Positions 49,230-51,867 of a stretch of DNA of 51,867 bases are shown here, one piece after another (position 1 is the first letter of the stretch; each line of letters starts with the position of its first letter). The DNA lies in contig DYFC01000026.1 in NCBI GenBank assembly GCA_020725385.1, positions 1 to 51,867 on the forward strand, given 5' to 3'. The translations under genes were made by a program, and so were the position numbers. The DNA comes from Nitrospira japonica. Lineage in GTDB: Bacteria > Nitrospirota > Thermodesulfovibrionia > Thermodesulfovibrionales > SM23-35. The notes beneath the pieces were generated by a model. The model did not search any database. It was not told the DNA's origin and saw nothing but the letters and a program-made list of their open reading frames with translations.

Positions 49230-49300
49230 CAGAAGGTTTTCGTAAAAGTGTCAAAAGAGAGTTTTGGAGCAACTAAATTGGAGAAGAACCAAATTATTTT

Positions 49301-49319
49301 ACGGACATGGTAACCGAAT
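49301..49319. repeat. 19-bp sequence, perfect inverted copy of 38887..38905
   Basis: ACGGACATGGTAACCGAAT. Confidence 0.9.
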
Positions 49320-49415
49320 TTTGAGAAATGTCTGTATTATTTAGGTTAAAATTAACATTGTGTTTAGGATAAGTTATAATTCATAAAATCAAATTATCTT
49401 AAGGAACTATAATCT

Positions 49416-50873
49416 ATGAAAATTTATAATACCCTCACAGGTAAAAAAGAAGAATTTATACCGCTTATGCCGAATAAGGTAAGAATTTATGCCTGCGGAG
49501 TGACTGTATATGATTACTGTCACATAGGTCATGCCCGGAGTGCTATTGTTTTTGATGTTATAAGACGTTATCTGAAATACAGAGGTTATGATGTAACATA
49601 TGTGAGAAATTTTACCGATATTGACGACAAAATTATTAAAAGAGCAAATGAGGAAGATATTCCATGGAATGTTGTTGCTCAAAAATATACAGATGAATAT
49701 TATGCAGACATGGATAGACTCGGTGTTGCGAGGGCTGATATAGAACCGAAAGCAACAGAGTACATCAATGAAATGATAGAAATAGTAAAAGGATTGATTG
49801 ATAAGGGTTTTGCGTATGAAATAAATGGAAATGTTTATTTTTCTGTTGAGAGGTTCAAGGGTTATGGAAAACTTTCTAAAAGAGATATGGAAGATATGAT
49901 GGCTGGAGCCAGGGTCGAGGTGGATGAAAACAAAAGGAATCCAATGGATTTTGCTCTATGGAAAAAGTCAAAAGAAGGAGAACCATTCTGGGAGAGTCCA
50001 TGGGGCAAGGGTAGACCCGGATGGCACATTGAATGCTCTGCTATGTCGCTTAAACATCTTGGAGAAAGCTTCGAGATTCACGGAGGAGGTGCGGATTTAT
50101 TATTTCCCCACCATGAAAATGAAATAGCACAATCAGAAGCATATACAGGAAAGCCATTTGCAAAATACTGGGTTCATAATGGTTTTATCACTATCAACAA
50201 AGAAAAGATGTCTAAATCTCTTGGAAACTTTTTTACAATAAGGGAAGTGCTCAATACATTTGACCCCGAGGTTCTCAGATTTTTTCTTCTATCAACACAT
50301 TACAGAAGTCCGATCGAATTTTCGGATGAACAACTCAAAGAAGCTGAAAGTACCCTGGATAGATTTTATACTACTTTGACGAGAATTGATGATGTAATAG
50401 AAAGACAGTATGCGGAAAATAAAGAATTTTCAAAAGCCGGAAATGAATTTTCTGATTTTGTTTTCTCTTTCAAAGAAAAATTTGTATCAGCAATGGATGA
50501 TGATTTCAACACTGCTCTTGCTCTTGGACATATATTCGAACTTATAAAGGAGGTTAACAGATTTCTCGATAAAAAACCAGCAGGCTCGAAAGATATAGAA
50601 CTTCTATTAATGACTAAACAACTTTTATCCGAGACAGGTAATGTTTTGAATATCTTTAACAGAACAGCGCATGAATGGAATGTTTCTCTAATGAAATTAA
50701 AAGGAATAGCTTTAACAGAAGAGGAAATTGAATCAAAGATAAAACAACGAAATGATGCAAGGCAGGGAAAAGATTGGAAACTTGCAGATTTAATAAGAAA
50801 AGAACTTGAAGAAAAGGGGATTATTCTTGAGGATAAAAAAGATAGGACCAACTGGAAGGTTAAAATTTGCTAA
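49416..50873 (+). CDS. cysS: Cysteine--tRNA ligase
   Basis: CGVTVYD, HIGH, PGWHIECS, KMSKS. Confidence 0.97.
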   Translation: MKIYNTLTGKKEEFIPLMPNKVRIYACGVTVYDYCHIGHARSAIVFDVIRRYLKYRGYDVTYVRNFTDIDDKIIKRANEEDIPWNVVAQKYTDEYYADMDRLGVARADIEPKATEYINEMIEIVKGLIDKGFAYEINGNVYFSVERFKGYGKLSKRDMEDMMAGARVEVDENKRNPMDFALWKKSKEGEPFWESPWGKGRPGWHIECSAMSLKHLGESFEIHGGGADLLFPHHENEIAQSEAYTGKPFAKYWVHNGFITINKEKMSKSLGNFFTIREVLNTFDPEVLRFFLLSTHYRSPIEFSDEQLKEAESTLDRFYTTLTRIDDVIERQYAENKEFSKAGNEFSDFVFSFKEKFVSAMDDDFNTALALGHIFELIKEVNRFLDKKPAGSKDIELLLMTKQLLSETGNVLNIFNRTAHEWNVSLMKLKGIALTEEEIESKIKQRNDARQGKDWKLADLIRKELEEKGIILEDKKDRTNWKVKIC

Positions 50874-51603
50874 TGGATGGATTTATGGCATAAATCCTGT
50901 TTTTGAGGCTCTTAGAGCAGGAAGAACTATAAAAGAATTCTATATATCATCTGGAAGACGCCAGATACCTAAATGGCTTATTAAAGAAGCTGAAAGCCGT
51001 GGTATCCCGATAAAGACAGCAGCCCAGGATTTCTTTGACAGAAACTTTGGTACCTCGAATCAGGGAGTTGCCGCAAAAGTTCTGGCCAAAGATTATACGC
51101 CTTTGGACGAATTGCTTCAAACCCCTCATATAAAAGGAGAACCCCCCTTATTTATTGTGCTTGATTGTATTGAAGACCCTAGAAATTTCGGGGCTATTCT
51201 GAGAACTGCTGATGCAGCAGGTGTTCACGGCGTTATCATTCAATCTTATAGGTCTGTTTCTTTAAGCGCTGACATGTCAAAAGTCTCAGCCGGAGCAGTT
51301 GAATATGTTCCTGTTTCAATAGTACCGAATATAAAAAATGCTATTATTGAAATGAAAAAAAATGATATATTAGTAGTTGGCGCTGAAAATGATACTCAAA
51401 AATCTATTTGGGATATACAATTAAATATACCATTGGCGATTGTTCTGGGTTCTGAAGGTAAAGGGCTCCGGCAGACTGTTAAAGAAATGTGCGATGTATT
51501 GGTTAAAATTCCTATGTACGGAAAAGTTAATTCATTAAATGTTTCAGTAGCCGCGGGAATTATATTATTTGAGATATTAAGACAAAGAAGAAGTAATTCT
51601 TAG
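50827..51603 (+). CDS. rlmB: 23S rRNA (G2251) 2'-O-methyltransferase
   Basis: DPRNFGAILRTA, GSEGKG, SLNVSVA; TTG 50827 follows an AAGGGGA SD and overlaps the cysS end. Confidence 0.93.
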   Translation: MRIKKIGPTGRLKFANGWIYGINPVFEALRAGRTIKEFYISSGRRQIPKWLIKEAESRGIPIKTAAQDFFDRNFGTSNQGVAAKVLAKDYTPLDELLQTPHIKGEPPLFIVLDCIEDPRNFGAILRTADAAGVHGVIIQSYRSVSLSADMSKVSAGAVEYVPVSIVPNIKNAIIEMKKNDILVVGAENDTQKSIWDIQLNIPLAIVLGSEGKGLRQTVKEMCDVLVKIPMYGKVNSLNVSVAAGIILFEILRQRRSNS

Positions 51604-51752
51604 AAAAAAAGAGTTTTTCCTTAAAAAATTTCTATATTCTTGCATAATTAAGGTTGACCATTTTATAATAAATATTGTTAAATTGAGATTCTAATTAAAA
51701 GGGCTTATTGTTGTCTTTTTCTGATTTATATATATTTTTGAAAATTGGTGAA

Positions 51753-51828
51753 GCCACCGTAGCTCAGCAGGCAGAGCAGCTGATTTGTAATCAGCGGGTC
51801 GGGGGTTCGATTCCCTTCGGTGGCTCCA
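51753..51828 (+). tRNA. tRNA-Thr (TGT)
   Basis: GCCACCG/CGGTGGC acceptor stem, CTGAT-TTGTAA-TCAG anticodon arm, TTCGA T-loop, encoded CCA. Confidence 0.96.
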
Positions 51829-51829
51829 A

Positions 51830-51867
51830 GGAGAGGTTCCCGAGCGGCCAAAGGGAGCAGACTGTAA
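51830..51867 (+). tRNA. tRNA-Tyr (GTA), truncated by the window end
   Basis: GGAGAGGTTCCCGAGCGGCCAAAGGGAGCAGACTGTAA; Thr-Tyr order as in tuf-associated tRNA operons. Confidence 0.88.

Noticed and set aside
49036-49272. 78-aa ORF containing SFPRKRES / CHFERSEKS
   Set aside because: These peptides are translations of the palindromic repeats
2254-51129. Numerous short antisense or alternative-frame ORFs in the track (e.g. 11465..11821, 22672..23175, 47324..47737, 50366..50851)
   Set aside because: They lie opposite or within well-supported genes and show no independent motifs

Overview
AT-rich bacterial chromosome segment. The gene repertoire and protein style suggest Nitrospirota/Thermodesulfovibrionia or a related anaerobic Gram-negative lineage; this is inference only. 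Most of it is housekeeping: nadB, pyk, a multi-PAS hybrid kinase, cysE-cysK, two HtrA/DegP paralogs, an RpoD-like sigma factor, yacL-ispD-ispF with a Mur ligase and a UvrD-like helicase, aminotransferase-serA-purA-PilZ-comF, radC, purH'-purD*-purE, cysS-rlmB and the start of a tRNA-Thr/tRNA-Tyr operon. Two accessory regions stand out. (1) Positions 1-1236 hold a decayed defence locus in which three copies of a Type IIG restriction-modification C-terminal tail alternate with a RelBE module, GTAG-REPs and a truncated REP-associated tyrosine transposase. (2) Positions 26.9-44.1 kb hold a type IV pilin and surface-glycan island: sigma54-driven pilA, a TMTC-like GT-C/TPR transferase, PilE, a Trx-CcdA fusion, a decaprenyl-phosphoribose synthase, a flippase, a LicC-like / PEAMT-like / CDP-alcohol transferase trio, a glf remnant, two MNT-HEPN pairs and Uma2. 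Other points of interest are a sigma54 promoter in front of the RpoD paralog, a full-length but catalytically eroded PurD, an unannotated 52-aa zinc-finger microprotein, a perfect 19-bp inverted repeat pair 10.4 kb apart, and several families of short palindromic and heptamer repeats. No CRISPR array or intact transposase/integrase was seen. All family assignments come from motif recognition by eye, not from database searches.
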